Shown: piece after piece, positions 1 to 10,817 of the stretch
Layout of the letters: the number at the start of each line of letters is the position of its first letter
Position numbering within the stretch: position 1 is the first letter of the stretch
Assembly (NCBI GenBank): GCA_965198175.1
Contig: OZ240245.1
Location: 2,365,382 to 2,429,381 of the forward strand
Reading direction: 5' to 3'
DNA: 64,000 nucleotides
From: Candidatus Poribacteria bacterium
GTDB lineage: Bacteria; Poribacteria; WGA-4E; PCPOR2b
Notes under the pieces: model-generated
Databases searched by the model: none
Seen by the model: only the letters and a program-made list of their open reading frames with translations
Told to the model about the DNA's origin: nothing
Program-made: the position numbers and the translations under genes

Positions 1-124
1 AAACGAGAGTAAGTCGGATGAAAGAAGGATAGAAATTGTACATGCAGGCGGAAAACTCCTCTCTCCTAAGAAGAAAGATTCGAAAGATAACGATACCAAA
101 AATCCATTTCACCAGGGGATCTGG

Positions 125-694
125 GTGAGTCATGGATGGTCAGAGAACATCCATGACAATGGCGGCCTCGTTTCACAATGGGATAGAGGTGATATACTCA
201 GTTTCAGTTACCTGAGTGAAGGCAAAGGCTATCGGACGCTCGGCGTAAAGATAGATTTTTCATATCACATTCCCACCAATACAAGCGCGACAGTGCAGTG
301 GTGGCCGGCAATGAGAGAACGTACTGTTGGGTTTGCGCTATTGGGGGGAGTTGCGCGATACAGAGATGCCGACGCCGGTCGCCTTCAGTCAAGTTGGACA
401 GGTGGAGAAACCTCAAATGAGTCCAGTCACATTACGCCGTTTCTCGGTGCTAGTTTGAAACTCTACCCGATGGATACTGTCACAGTTGACATCGCAATTT
501 CGACTAAACTTAGGTCGGTCGACACATTCTCTAGCCGAGAATCAGATTCTATCGCGACACATCTACACCACTACGAAGTTGAAACTCGGGTTTACATTAC
601 CCCCGCGTTGAATCTGAGGCTCAGCTACGGAAAATGGTACCTAGGAGATCGTGGAAACACAACTGTACAGCTTGGGCTCGGGGTTACCTTCTGA
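125..694 (+). CDS. hypothetical protein, possible outer-membrane beta-barrel
   Basis: Six-frame ORF of 189 aa. Alternating amphipathic pattern and a C-terminal ...LGLGVTF ending with aromatic Phe, typical of OM beta-barrels. No clear signal peptide, so it may be truncated or mis-started. Confidence 0.3.
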   Translation: MSHGWSENIHDNGGLVSQWDRGDILSFSYLSEGKGYRTLGVKIDFSYHIPTNTSATVQWWPAMRERTVGFALLGGVARYRDADAGRLQSSWTGGETSNESSHITPFLGASLKLYPMDTVTVDIAISTKLRSVDTFSSRESDSIATHLHHYEVETRVYITPALNLRLSYGKWYLGDRGNTTVQLGLGVTF

Positions 695-805
695 GCTTAA
701 ATAACTGGGAACCGTTAACACTGTTCTGACTGAGATGCTTTTTGAGAATGGGTATCGCCTTGGGAATCGCGCCTTTTTTCACGCACTCATAGGCTGCTTC
801 TTGGT

Positions 806-1552
806 TTAGCGGAAGGTTAAGCCAACTCCAAAGGTAGTATCCGAGTGGTCGAATGAGAATGAAAAAGCCCCGTGGGCGATAACGGAGGGGGATAAGTGGA
901 GTTCCATTCCAATTTGGGCGCCTGTGCTACCTTCATCTTCGCTTTCGTCAAAATCGCGTCGTTTGTCCGTAACCGTTGTCCAAATATGGGTGTACGATAT
1001 TCCAAAGTACGGTGTCAGCTTCATACCGGATTCCGTTTCTATGCGCTTTAAGAGTCCCCCCATGCCGGCAAGCCCCAAAGCCCGTGCACTTTCACGAGTC
1101 TCCGCCCCAACAACTTCTTTGGCGAAACTAGCGCTACCCTCAATTGTGAGAAAGGTATCAAAACCCGTTTGTTGCAACGGGTTCATATACAGGATGCCTA
1201 GTCCAATCGAGGGTGATGGGGGTATTTCGACTCCAGGTCTATAATCCACAGAATCGTCGTCGACAAAACCGATACCGCCAGCGCCGTAGACCTTTGTCCC
1301 AGAATTAATTCCGAATTCGAGGACGCCGCTTATTCTCCGAGAATCTTCCATGAATTGGATGCCGAACCCGTAAGCGCTTTGATCTTTCCCCAACTTCAGA
1401 AAACTGAGTTGGCTGTGTGCAGTCGTGGGATACACCAAACCAATGAGGAATGTAGCGGCAAGCAATAGACAGAATACGGTAAACTCGTATCTTTTGACAG
1501 GAAATTGTTTTCGCACCGGACATCGGTATTTCTTTCTAACCTTGTCTATCAT
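806..1552 (-). CDS. outer-membrane beta-barrel-like protein with signal peptide
   Basis: 248 aa. Basic N-region, hydrophobic h-region (FTVFCLLLAATFLIGLV) and an AHS-Q cleavage-like site. C-terminus ...FGVGLTFR resembles the C-terminus of the convergent neighbour at 125..694. Confidence 0.45.
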   Translation of the reverse strand: MIDKVRKKYRCPVRKQFPVKRYEFTVFCLLLAATFLIGLVYPTTAHSQLSFLKLGKDQSAYGFGIQFMEDSRRISGVLEFGINSGTKVYGAGGIGFVDDDSVDYRPGVEIPPSPSIGLGILYMNPLQQTGFDTFLTIEGSASFAKEVVGAETRESARALGLAGMGGLLKRIETESGMKLTPYFGISYTHIWTTVTDKRRDFDESEDEGSTGAQIGMELHLSPSVIAHGAFSFSFDHSDTTFGVGLTFR

Positions 1553-1842
1553 AGGTTCTCCTCAAAAAAGTGATGGTTTATGATACCACAAGAAGCCCTT
1601 CCGGGCAACACTAAAACTGTGGGCGCCACTTGACGGTGGGTTTTGTCCTCGTGTATAATGGCAGCTGTACACGATCAGTCTTTTTCAAGATGGAAATCAT
1701 TATAGTGGTAGAGGAAGGGCGGAAGAAATATTTCTTGTTCTTTCAATACCTACGTGTTGTTGAATATCTAAACGTCAAGGCGGGCTTGATGCCCCAAGTC
1801 ATTTTCAGCTAAAAACCTTCAGGCTTTCATGAAGGGACGATT

Positions 1843-3522
1843 ATGATGAAATCGTACTCCCGTTTTTCTCAATTCCTGGTGACTCTTGTTTGCTTAAGTT
1901 CATCTTGTTATGCCCATTTTTGGGCGCCTCCCACAAGGATTCACGAATTTGTGAGGAAGTCCGACTTAGTGGTGATTGGAACTGTAGTGAAAGACCAAAG
2001 TGTAATGAATCCAGCGAAAGGCGATGGAGATATCTCGAAGTTATTCATTGGGGCTTTATTTACGGTTCGCGTTGATAAAGTTCTTTATGGAAGGGCGGAA
2101 ATTACACAATCCATTTTCGCCACAAGCGATCTTCAGCGCATTAACTCGACCTTAAAGCGAAATCCAAGGAAAAAGTCTTTAAATATTTATGCCTTTCACC
2201 AGAGTGAGCTGGCATGGGGCTTAGGCATGCCAACATACCGCGAGAATCGACCACAACTTTTCTTTTTCAAGGTCTCAAAGTTCCCAACCAATTTTCCGAG
2301 TAATACCTTGATTTATGATGGTAGTCAGGAGTATGAACGTGAGTCCCAAATACCAACCGTTGCGAGCTTAAAGGAAAAGTTCTATTTTGAAGCGACTTCT
2401 GGAACCGTAGATAGCACATGGGATCTGACGAACAAAAAAGAAAAAGAATGGGTTCCCATTGTTGAAGCCCTTGGTGAAGTGATGTCGGTTCCGGATCTCA
2501 CTCAACGTGAGCAAAAGCTTCGCGAACTACTCAACCATGACGATGTACTGCTCGCCAGTAATGCTGAGGCAGCATTAGGGGAAATCAAAAACGTTAGCGA
2601 TGCAAAGAAAACGCAGGTCGAGCGGAAACAGAACATCAGTGTCGCACAAACACCGGTGAAAGAGAAGCAGATCGATGTAATTACCGATACATCTTCAGGA
2701 GCTTTAAGGGCGGAGAAAGTGACGGTTGATGCGAGAGAAGCGGCTCGCAATCTGCACAATAAAGAGATATTTGACAAAGTCTCTAGAGTTTTGTTTATGG
2801 TTGATGACGCTTATCTCTCCTCTGGCACGGTGAATCTGTTGAAGACTGCTCTAAACGACAACTCTGTTGAAGTTAGGCAGCGCGCAATCCTCTTACTAGG
2901 GCTTTCAAGAAACCCCGAAGCGATAGAAGTTATCTCCAATCGCTTGCGGAACGATCCGTCTTGGCACGTGAAATCAGTGGCAGCGGTGAACTTAGGAATA
3001 CTAGCAGGGGGAGCAGCGGTGCCCGTGTTAAAAGCCGCACTGGTTGAGGAAGAAAAAACTTCGGCGTCATTATCATTGATGTCAAAGATTTCACCGTCAT
3101 TAATTTCTGGATTAGGCAGAGCGGGTGGCACGGCTGTTCCACTGCTGATTGAGAGGTTGAAAGATGACTTAAAATTGGGTGGACATGACGCTAATTTTAT
3201 TATTCAAAGCTTGAAATGGACTGGCGATAGGAGGGCAATTAAGTCCCTTCTCGCTATCATATCACACCCCGCCTCTCCTTCCGACGCGGTCATGAGTGAG
3301 GTACAATTGGACGCAGCGAGAGCCTTAGCGCACTTTGCAACAGATCGGCGCTATGAGGATATCCTGAAGTTTCGCAACAAGTTTGCGGAGGGTTATCCGG
3401 TGACCCCGCGAGAGAATCGGAGAGTCAATGCGTCGGATCGAGCCCGAATCGTTGAAGCGCTTAAAACCGCTGGGTATGACATCAACCGTTTAGCAGAGCG
3501 TGATGTGGTAATTTTTCATTGA
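1843..3522 (+). CDS. exported HEAT-repeat (PBS-lyase-type) protein
   Basis: 559 aa. N-terminal signal peptide (FLVTLVCLSSSCYA). Repeated HEAT-like units (VRQRAILLLGLSRNPEAIEVISNRLRNDPSWHVKSVAAVNLG). The C-terminal ~290 aa is paralogous to the next gene. Confidence 0.6.
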   Translation: MMKSYSRFSQFLVTLVCLSSSCYAHFWAPPTRIHEFVRKSDLVVIGTVVKDQSVMNPAKGDGDISKLFIGALFTVRVDKVLYGRAEITQSIFATSDLQRINSTLKRNPRKKSLNIYAFHQSELAWGLGMPTYRENRPQLFFFKVSKFPTNFPSNTLIYDGSQEYERESQIPTVASLKEKFYFEATSGTVDSTWDLTNKKEKEWVPIVEALGEVMSVPDLTQREQKLRELLNHDDVLLASNAEAALGEIKNVSDAKKTQVERKQNISVAQTPVKEKQIDVITDTSSGALRAEKVTVDAREAARNLHNKEIFDKVSRVLFMVDDAYLSSGTVNLLKTALNDNSVEVRQRAILLLGLSRNPEAIEVISNRLRNDPSWHVKSVAAVNLGILAGGAAVPVLKAALVEEEKTSASLSLMSKISPSLISGLGRAGGTAVPLLIERLKDDLKLGGHDANFIIQSLKWTGDRRAIKSLLAIISHPASPSDAVMSEVQLDAARALAHFATDRRYEDILKFRNKFAEGYPVTPRENRRVNASDRARIVEALKTAGYDINRLAERDVVIFH

Positions 3523-3594
3523 AGCCCTTAAACCGCACAGTATAACATCAATCGTTTAACACGGTGCTTCTAGCTGGTACTCTAATTCGGTTTC

Positions 3595-4533
3595 ATGATG
3601 CGAAGAATTGAGTCTCACCCCATCATTTTTGGTCTGTTATTGTGTTTCATCTGTTGCGCGGTGGCACCTAGTACCCGTGTCGCACAAACGCCGGTGAAAG
3701 AGAAGCAGGTGGATGTGATTACCCTAGACCCACCTCCAGGGGCTTTGGGAAGGGAGAAAGTGACGGTTGATGTGAGAGAAGCAGCTCGCGACTTACGTAA
3801 TAAAGAGATGTTTAAAAAAGCCTCGGGAGTTTTGCATGTGGCTGATAACGCCTATCTCTCGTCTAGCACGGTGAACTTATTGAAAACAGCGTTGAATGAC
3901 GGGTCAGTTGAAGTCAGGATACGCGCAATTAATTTACTGGGAGTTTCAAGAAATCCCGATGCAATAGAGGTAATCTCCAATCGCTTGCAGAACGACCCAT
4001 CTTATCGAGTGAGATGGGCAGCGGCAATTAGCTTGGGGAGGCTAGCCGGGCAAGCGGCAGTTCCCGCATTAAAAATCGCGCTGGATGAGGACAAAAGGAT
4101 TGAAACGGCGGTAATTAATGGGTTAGGATATGCTGGTGGCAAGGCAGTAGCTCTCCTCATCCAGATGTTGAAAGAAGATGGAAAAGAAGGTGGAAACAAT
4201 GCAAATTATTTTATTCAAAGTTTGGAAACAACTTGCGACAGAAGAGCGATTAAGCCTCTCCTCGCTATTATATCGTACCCCACCTCTCCCACCGACCCGA
4301 ATATGAGTCAGGTGCAATTGAACGCAGCGACGGTCTTAGCGCACTTTGCAACGGATTGGATCTATACGCGAATGTTGAAGTCGCGCGACAAATTTTTTGC
4401 GGAGGATTACCCGGCAACTCCGCGTGAGAGCCAACGGGTCAATGCGTCGGATCGAGCCCGGATTGTTGAGGCGCTTAAAACCACCGGGTACGACATCAAC
4501 CGTTTAGCAGAGCGTTTTTGGAGAGTGAATTGA
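3595..4533 (+). CDS. exported HEAT-repeat protein (paralog of the C-terminal part of the upstream gene)
   Basis: 312 aa. Signal peptide (IIFGLLLCFICCAVA). Near-collinear similarity to residues ~265-559 of the 1843..3522 product (VAQTPVKEKQ.DVIT..., VEVR.RAI.LLG.SRNP.AIEVISNRL.NDPS, ...RVNASDRARIVEALKT.GYDINRLAER). Confidence 0.6.
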   Translation: MMRRIESHPIIFGLLLCFICCAVAPSTRVAQTPVKEKQVDVITLDPPPGALGREKVTVDVREAARDLRNKEMFKKASGVLHVADNAYLSSSTVNLLKTALNDGSVEVRIRAINLLGVSRNPDAIEVISNRLQNDPSYRVRWAAAISLGRLAGQAAVPALKIALDEDKRIETAVINGLGYAGGKAVALLIQMLKEDGKEGGNNANYFIQSLETTCDRRAIKPLLAIISYPTSPTDPNMSQVQLNAATVLAHFATDWIYTRMLKSRDKFFAEDYPATPRESQRVNASDRARIVEALKTTGYDINRLAERFWRVN

Positions 4534-4577
4534 ATCACTTTAAAATGCTCAGTCGCTGAATTACCTTAGACTGAACA

Positions 4578-5156
4578 ATGATCCATACCTCACCTTTAAA
4601 AAATTTGTGGTCTATCATGCTACTGTGTGTCATTCTACAGTTCATGGGCTGTTCAGGCAAGTGGGTGGATACGGATGATTTAGTCGGGCTTGACGAAGGC
4701 ATCCAAAGAGCCATCAGAACACCATCTCGTGTCTCTCTCGCCATTGTTTGGAGCGATAAGATCCGGAAGCAATTCGCCCCGGGCTATAAATTTAAATCGC
4801 TCCGTGGGCACCTAAAACAACTTCCCGATGGTAAACGTTGTTGGTATGATGAAAAACAGATCGAATTCCAGATACGTCATAAACAACAAAAATTGCCGAA
4901 ACTTGTGATAGGAACCCATGAGTTATTGCTACGCCTGTCTAACGAGGGCACGAAGGATTATAAAATCCATATCAACGGAGAAAATTGCTATCCGAATAAA
5001 AACGGGGAATGGCATATAATTACGCCATTTACGCGTAACACACATCGGTCCATTGATGCATATTTTCCTGCTATATCCACAGTTTCCATTCAATCTGAGC
5101 AAGGCGTTTGTTTGAGTTCCATCATACTGGTGGATCACGGTATAATGATTAAGTAA
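4578..5156 (+). CDS. hypothetical lipoprotein
   Basis: 192 aa. Signal peptide with a lipobox-like FMGC followed by SGK. No recognisable catalytic motifs. Confidence 0.4.
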   Translation: MIHTSPLKNLWSIMLLCVILQFMGCSGKWVDTDDLVGLDEGIQRAIRTPSRVSLAIVWSDKIRKQFAPGYKFKSLRGHLKQLPDGKRCWYDEKQIEFQIRHKQQKLPKLVIGTHELLLRLSNEGTKDYKIHINGENCYPNKNGEWHIITPFTRNTHRSIDAYFPAISTVSIQSEQGVCLSSIILVDHGIMIK

Positions 5157-5241
5157 AGCAAATCATGTCGTCTTTCGCTAAGTTTGAGAGATGGGGGTAG
5201 TGTAGCTATAGCTAGGTCTTTGGAAAGTAAAAAGGTAAGTT

Positions 5242-6432
5242 GTGCGATGTTCCAGTGGAAATATAGCCAAGTTCTACATCAGCTCAGCACTCGGCGGTTT
5301 TACGTTGTTTCACGGTGTGTTGGGTTTTTACATGAGGCAAATTGGATTTTCGTACACTCAAATCTTCTTTTTAGCCGCTTTATACGAAATCTTGGTATTC
5401 CTTTTAGAAATTCCGACTGGGGTATTTGCAGACCGTTTCGGTCTGAAAAAGAGCGCAGTTCTGGGGCACTTCATATCTGCTGCAAGTTGTTTTCCAATTG
5501 CACTGTTCCCGACATCTTACAGCGTATTCCTTCTTTGGAGTCTGCTGTCGGCAATATGCACTACACTGAATTCTGGTTCGGTAGAGGCGCTACAATATGA
5601 GTCTCTGCGAGATATATCGCGCGAAGCAGAATACACAAAGTTGCGCGGCAGGTTAGCTGCAATTGGTGGGTTTTCAATGCCGGTTGGGGCTTTTATCGGC
5701 GGCACTCTCTGTGGAAACATCGGATTTGGTACAGTAGTCGCTCTTGGAGGGCTAACCGGACTGTTTATTACAGCAGTATTTGTTAGCATGAGCGAACCAA
5801 GGGGGGTTCAACTTGAGCGCGAAAAATCGAAATCCCGAAATACTTTTGAGGCGATAAGCGAAAACTTTCGGTTCATTCAAGGGGATAGGGAATTGACCGG
5901 AGTTATCATCGCTGGATCGATAGTTTATGCAGCGTATCTACTAATCAATAACTATTCGCAGCCGTGCCTGGAAGAGGCAGGTATACAGTCTTATCGAATT
6001 GTAGGCTTGGTTAGCGGGACGCTCATGGTGGTTTTCGCCGTTGTTTCATGGTGGGCGGGATATTTGACTCAACGCATCGGTACAAAAGGCATATTCGTAT
6101 GGTTGTCTGGTGTCCCTATTTTGAGTTTAGTGGGATTGGGAAAACTGAAGGGGATCACACTATTAGCGCCGCTTTATCTCTCCCGATTGGGCGAAGGCGT
6201 TGCCGAGCCCTTCATCTCGAATAGGCTGCTTCAGAAGAGTCCTTTGGGAAAAAGCGCGACACTCCTTTCCACGCAGAGCCTTCTTACATCACTGGTGTTT
6301 TCCATATGGAGCATGGCAAGCGGGTTCGGTCTAGACTATGTTGGACGTTTCTTCATATTTTCTGCAGGTGCAGCATTCGCGCTTATTATATTGTTGTGGG
6401 GCGGCAAATGGGTAGTGCGAACAAACGATTAG
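5242..6432 (+). CDS. MFS transporter
   Basis: About 12 predicted TM segments. MFS motif-A-like GVFADRFGLKKS after TM2. Exact start uncertain. Confidence 0.6.
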   Translation: MRCSSGNIAKFYISSALGGFTLFHGVLGFYMRQIGFSYTQIFFLAALYEILVFLLEIPTGVFADRFGLKKSAVLGHFISAASCFPIALFPTSYSVFLLWSLLSAICTTLNSGSVEALQYESLRDISREAEYTKLRGRLAAIGGFSMPVGAFIGGTLCGNIGFGTVVALGGLTGLFITAVFVSMSEPRGVQLEREKSKSRNTFEAISENFRFIQGDRELTGVIIAGSIVYAAYLLINNYSQPCLEEAGIQSYRIVGLVSGTLMVVFAVVSWWAGYLTQRIGTKGIFVWLSGVPILSLVGLGKLKGITLLAPLYLSRLGEGVAEPFISNRLLQKSPLGKSATLLSTQSLLTSLVFSIWSMASGFGLDYVGRFFIFSAGAAFALIILLWGGKWVVRTND

Positions 6433-6678
6433 AATTCGCAAAGCCAAGTAATTTATTGAGTTAGTATCGCGGGGGTACGTTTTTGATATGTTCTGCAGGA
6501 ACATACATCGGTATTATCGGAAGATTTCTATCACCGAAGAGACGGTTATCCAATTTCGATCTCCCCAAAGGTCGGAAATCGTTGCTCCCAATTTCTCGCT
6601 TCCTGCTTTTGGCGGGAGTTGGAATGATTGCCGTCGTTTTCGTGGCAGCGGGATACGGAAAACAGGAGGAGGAACCAA

Positions 6679-8315
6679 TGATGCATAATGAACAACTAGC
6701 GGGGACATCCAACACGCTGGATTTGGTAGAGCGGGCTGGATATGCGATTAACGCGATGACGCAAAGCACTAATCCGGAAGCGGAGTATGCGGTCTACTTC
6801 ACCGGGGTTCTCCACCGCAATCCGCCAACCCTGTTGAGGGAAATCCCGCTGTATGGCAAATTCATGGAAGGGCTGGCGTTAATGCGCATCATGACAAACG
6901 GCGAATTCGACACACGCCCATCTACTCAACCGAAGGATTTCAATCGGCACGTAGACAAAATTTGGCGTGAAGCGTTTCTACGCAAGCTTAACGGACAGGA
7001 ACTCGGACTAATTGGCGCCGAAGGCGGCAGGCAACTCGCTTGGCTGGCGATACAGTATCGGCAGACCAAAGACTCAATGTGGAAAGAACTCGGCGACTCA
7101 GTGATTCAACAGGCGCTCGAAACGACTATCCATCAAGATGACTACTGCTATTTCCCCCAAGACTCGGAAGGCACAATGCCGTGGAGATGGGGGGCAACCT
7201 ATCAGGGGTGGACGCTTCAAGGCGTGACCCAGTATTATATTGCGACCGGCTCTGAAGCAGCTCTGGAACTCGCGGGCAAACTCGCTCGCTACTTGAAGGA
7301 TCACTCCGGTATTTTTGATACCAACGGGCGGTTTCTTGCACGTCACGACGTAGATGCGCCGCTCAACCCGCCGACTACTCTCGGACCAGCGCTGCATTTC
7401 CATCACAACGGCAATGCGATGGAAGCGCTCTCGGAGTATGCGTGGGCGAGCGGCGAAACGGAATTTGGCGAGTTCGCGAAGAAATGCTATGAATACGCGT
7501 GTTCGCTCCCCGACTCGTCACCGCTTATCGGCTTTTTCCAAGAGTACATTGACGATTGGCCCGACCATCGCGGAGTAATAGACTGTGAAACCTGTTGTGT
7601 CGTTGACATGCTCCTCACAGCGCTTTGGATGACGAAGGCGGGTGTGGGCGATTATTGGGATGATATCGACCGCTACTTGAGAAACCAGTTCGCCGAGATG
7701 CAGATGACCTCCGGCGATTGGCTGGTTCGAATGAGTGAGGAATTACCATATCGGCCGCCGGGGGAGGATGAGGTTGCGATGGGGTCGCCGGACCGTTGGG
7801 TCGGCACCTTCGCCGGGTGGGCGACTGCGAATGACTTCTTCGCTATCGGTGCGGGTCCCGGCATCATGCACTGCTGCACCGGCAACGGGTCACGGGCGCT
7901 ATACTACCTCTGGGAGAACATGCTTGAGTTCAACAACGGGGAGTTACAACTGCATTTACTTCTCAACCGGAAGTCACCCTGGGCAGAGGTCATCAGTTAC
8001 GTCCCGTATCAAGGGAAAGTTGCGTTGAAGGTCAAGGAGGCGTGTGAGAATATTGCGGTGCGAGTACCCGACTGGGTCGAGAGTTCGAGCCTGTCATGCC
8101 TAGTCAACGGCGTCTCCTGCATGCCCAGTTGGAACGGTCGCTATGTGAACATCGGCAGAGCATCGCCCGGAGATACGGTTGAACTCGCGTTTCCGATTTC
8201 GGAACGGACGGTTGAGGAAACGGTGGGCGGCGTTCAATATACGCTTGTGATTAGAGGAAACAACGTAATTTCCATCTCACCACCGGGAAAGAATTATCCC
8301 TTCTATGACCGATGA
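6679..8315 (+). CDS. conserved hypothetical protein, paralog A (CETCC motif)
   Basis: Start placed at ATGATG preceded by AGGAGGAGGAACCA (strong RBS); the six-frame ORF extends upstream to 6483. About 80% identical to paralog B at 8938..10582. Motifs HFHHNGNAMEAL and DCETCCVVDML suggest a possible metal site. Confidence 0.55.
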
Positions 8316-8346
8316 TGTATTTGGAGCTTGCGCGGGCTGGATTCTA

Positions 8347-8523
8347 CAGTCATTTGCATTTATGATTACACATATGAGCGATGATTGACTCGACTTAGCT
8401 CACAATCTCCCGGTTTGCGACGCTTCCCATTGAGCGGGTCGGGCTGGAAGCCCGACCTACGGGAATGGGTGGGAACTTGGATATGTTAATAAATACACGT
8501 GTAATTTTTAGTTGCGTGACTAT
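8347..8523. mobile_element. MITE-like ~178-bp insertion flanked by a TA duplication, absent from the paralogous site at ~10612
   Basis: Aligning the 3' flanks of the two paralog copies gives attcTA[insert]TAaatctt at copy A and attcTAaatctt at copy B. Insert termini cagtcat.../...gtgacta form an imperfect inverted repeat. Internal 9-bp perfect hairpin at 8437..8457. Confidence 0.45.
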
Positions 8524-8937
8524 AAATCTTAGGGGCTTGGGTAGGGGTCAATAGATAAACAGTTACCCTTACAATGTGATCATATCCTAACCGCGTTGTG
8601 TTTGATATGTGCCGTTCAACTTAACCGACGCGCTGAAATCAACTAGATGCGATGAGGCGTTGGCATGACCTTAACAGTGGCGTATCTACACAAGGACTGA
8701 TTTAATCGTGTAGGCGGTCTAATCAGGTCGGGAGATAACGTTAATGTTACATCCTAAAGATACACATATCAGTATTATCGAAAGATTCCAATCTTGGAAC
8801 AGACGGTTATTCAAAATCGGTGCTCCCAAAAGTTGGAAACTGCGGCTCTCAATGTCTCGCCCAGGTGTATTGATGTGGGTGGGTTTGACGGCTGTCGTTT
8901 TCGTTTCGGGCGGCTACGGAAAGCTAAAGGAGGAACC

Positions 8938-10582
8938 AATGATGCAAAATGAACAACTAGCGCAGACACCTGACACACTAGATTTAGTAACACGGGCTGG
9001 ATATGCAATTAACGCGATGACGCGAAGCACGAATCCGGAAGCAGAATACGCGGTCTACTTCACCGGAGTTCTGCACCGCAATCCGCCGACTCTATCGGGT
9101 GAAATCCCGCTATATGGAAAATTCATGGAAGGGTTGGCGTTTATGCGCATCATGACAAGCGGTGATTTTGACACGCGCCCATCTACTCAACCCAAAGATT
9201 TCAACCGGCACGTCGACCGTGTCTGGCGGGACACGTTTCTGCGGCGGCTAAACGAACAGAAGCCGGTGCTTACGGGGCCCGAAGGCGGACGACAGCTCGC
9301 ATGGCTGGCAATTCAGTATCGGCAGACCAAGGACTCAATGTGGAAAGAACTCGGTGAAGCGGCGATTCAACGGGCGCTCAATGCGGCAGTGCATCAGGAT
9401 GACTACTGTTATTTCCCGCACGACGCAGAAGGGACGATGCCGACTAGCTGGGCAGCGACCTATCAAGGCTGGACGCTTCAGGGGGTGACCCAGTTTTATA
9501 TGGCGACCGAATCAGAAGCCGCGCTGGAACTGGCGGGCAAACTCGCACGCTACTTAAAGGATCACGCCGGTGTCTTCGATTCTGAAGGGCGGTTTCTCGC
9601 ACGTCACGACGAATCAATACCGTTCAGTCCGCCATCCAGGCTTGGGCCCGCGCTACATTTCCATCACAACGGCAACGCAATGGAAGCGCTCACGGAGTAC
9701 GCGTGGGCAAGCGGCGAACCGGAGTTTGGCGAGTTCGTGAAGAAATGCTATGACTACGCTCGCTCGCTCTCCGACTCATCACCGCTTATCGGCTTTTTCC
9801 AGGAATACATCGACGATTGGCCCGACCATCGCAGCGTAATAGACTGTGAAACCTGCTGCGTCGTTGATATGCTGCTGACGGCGCTCTGGATGACGAAAGC
9901 GGGCTTGGGTGATTATTGGGATGATATCGACCGATACTTGCGAAACCAGTTCGCCGAGATGCAGATGACCTCCGGCGATTGGCTAACCCGGATGAATGAG
10001 GGGCTGCCATATCAGCCGGCGGGAGAGGATGAGGTTGCGATGGGGTCGCCCGACCGTTGGGTCGGCACCTTCGCCGGTTGGGCGACTGCGAATGATTTCT
10101 TCGCCATCGGCGCAGGGGCTGGCATCATGCACTGTTGCACCGGCAACGGGTCACGGGCGCTATACTACCTCTGGGAAAATATGCTTGAGTTCAATGACGG
10201 GGAATTGCGACTCCATCTACTTCTCAACCGGAAGTCCCCTTGGGCAGAGGTCATCAGTTACGTCCCAAATCAAGGCAAGGTTGAGTTGAAGGTCAAGGAG
10301 ACGTGTGAAAATATTGCGGTGCGCGCACCGGAATGGGTCGAGGGTTCAAGTGACGCCCTATCCTGTCGAATCAACGGCGACGCCCGCAATCTCAGTTGGA
10401 AGGGCCGCTATGTGAACATCGGCAAAGCGTCGCCCGGTGATACGGTTCAGCTTGCGTTCCCAATCACGGAACGAACGGTTGATGAAACGGTGGCTGGTGT
10501 CCCTTACACGCTTGTGATTAGAGGAAACAACGTGATTTCCATCTCACCGCCGGGAAAGAATTATCCATTCTATGACCGATAA
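8938..10582 (+). CDS. conserved hypothetical protein, paralog B (CETCC motif)
   Basis: Start at ATGATG preceded by AAGGAGG. Collinear with paralog A, including the ~200-nt upstream leader and ~100 bp downstream. Confidence 0.55.
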
Positions 10583-10817
10583 TGAATTTGGACCTTGCGC
10601 GGGCTGCATTCTAAATCTTAGGGGCTTGCGTAGGTCCAATATCTAAACAATTACCCTTTCAATGTGATTCAGATTTACAGCATTCCCAAACCGTTATATG
10701 AACAACGACGCGCAACCGACTTTGGTTTTGCGGTTGTCGGATGTTTTCTGAGAGACTCCTGTCGCAATTCGACTTAGTCCTCTGCACTCACTTGAATAAC
10801 GGAAAAAACCGTATCCG

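Noticed and set aside
1630-1812. 60-aa ORF upstream of the HEAT-repeat gene
   Set aside because: Low-complexity (IIIVVEE), no RBS. It lies in the promoter region of the 1843 gene.
5184-5600. 138-aa ORF overlapping the MFS transporter in another frame
   Set aside because: The MFS frame carries the DRFG motif and a continuous TM pattern. The overlapping ORF has none.
6483-6678. N-terminal extensions of the paralog ORFs (6483.. and 8744..) predicted by the ORF track
   Set aside because: Both copies have a strong AGGAGG RBS immediately before an internal ATGATG (6679/8938). The upstream 'peptide' is poorly conserved at the protein level relative to the body, so it is treated as a leader.
6679-10582. 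Assignment of the CETCC paralogs to glycoside hydrolase family 127 (Cys/Glu zinc site)
   Set aside because: GH127 uses an E-x-C and a separate CC pair. Here the residues are fused as CETCC, and no other family hallmarks could be verified without a search.
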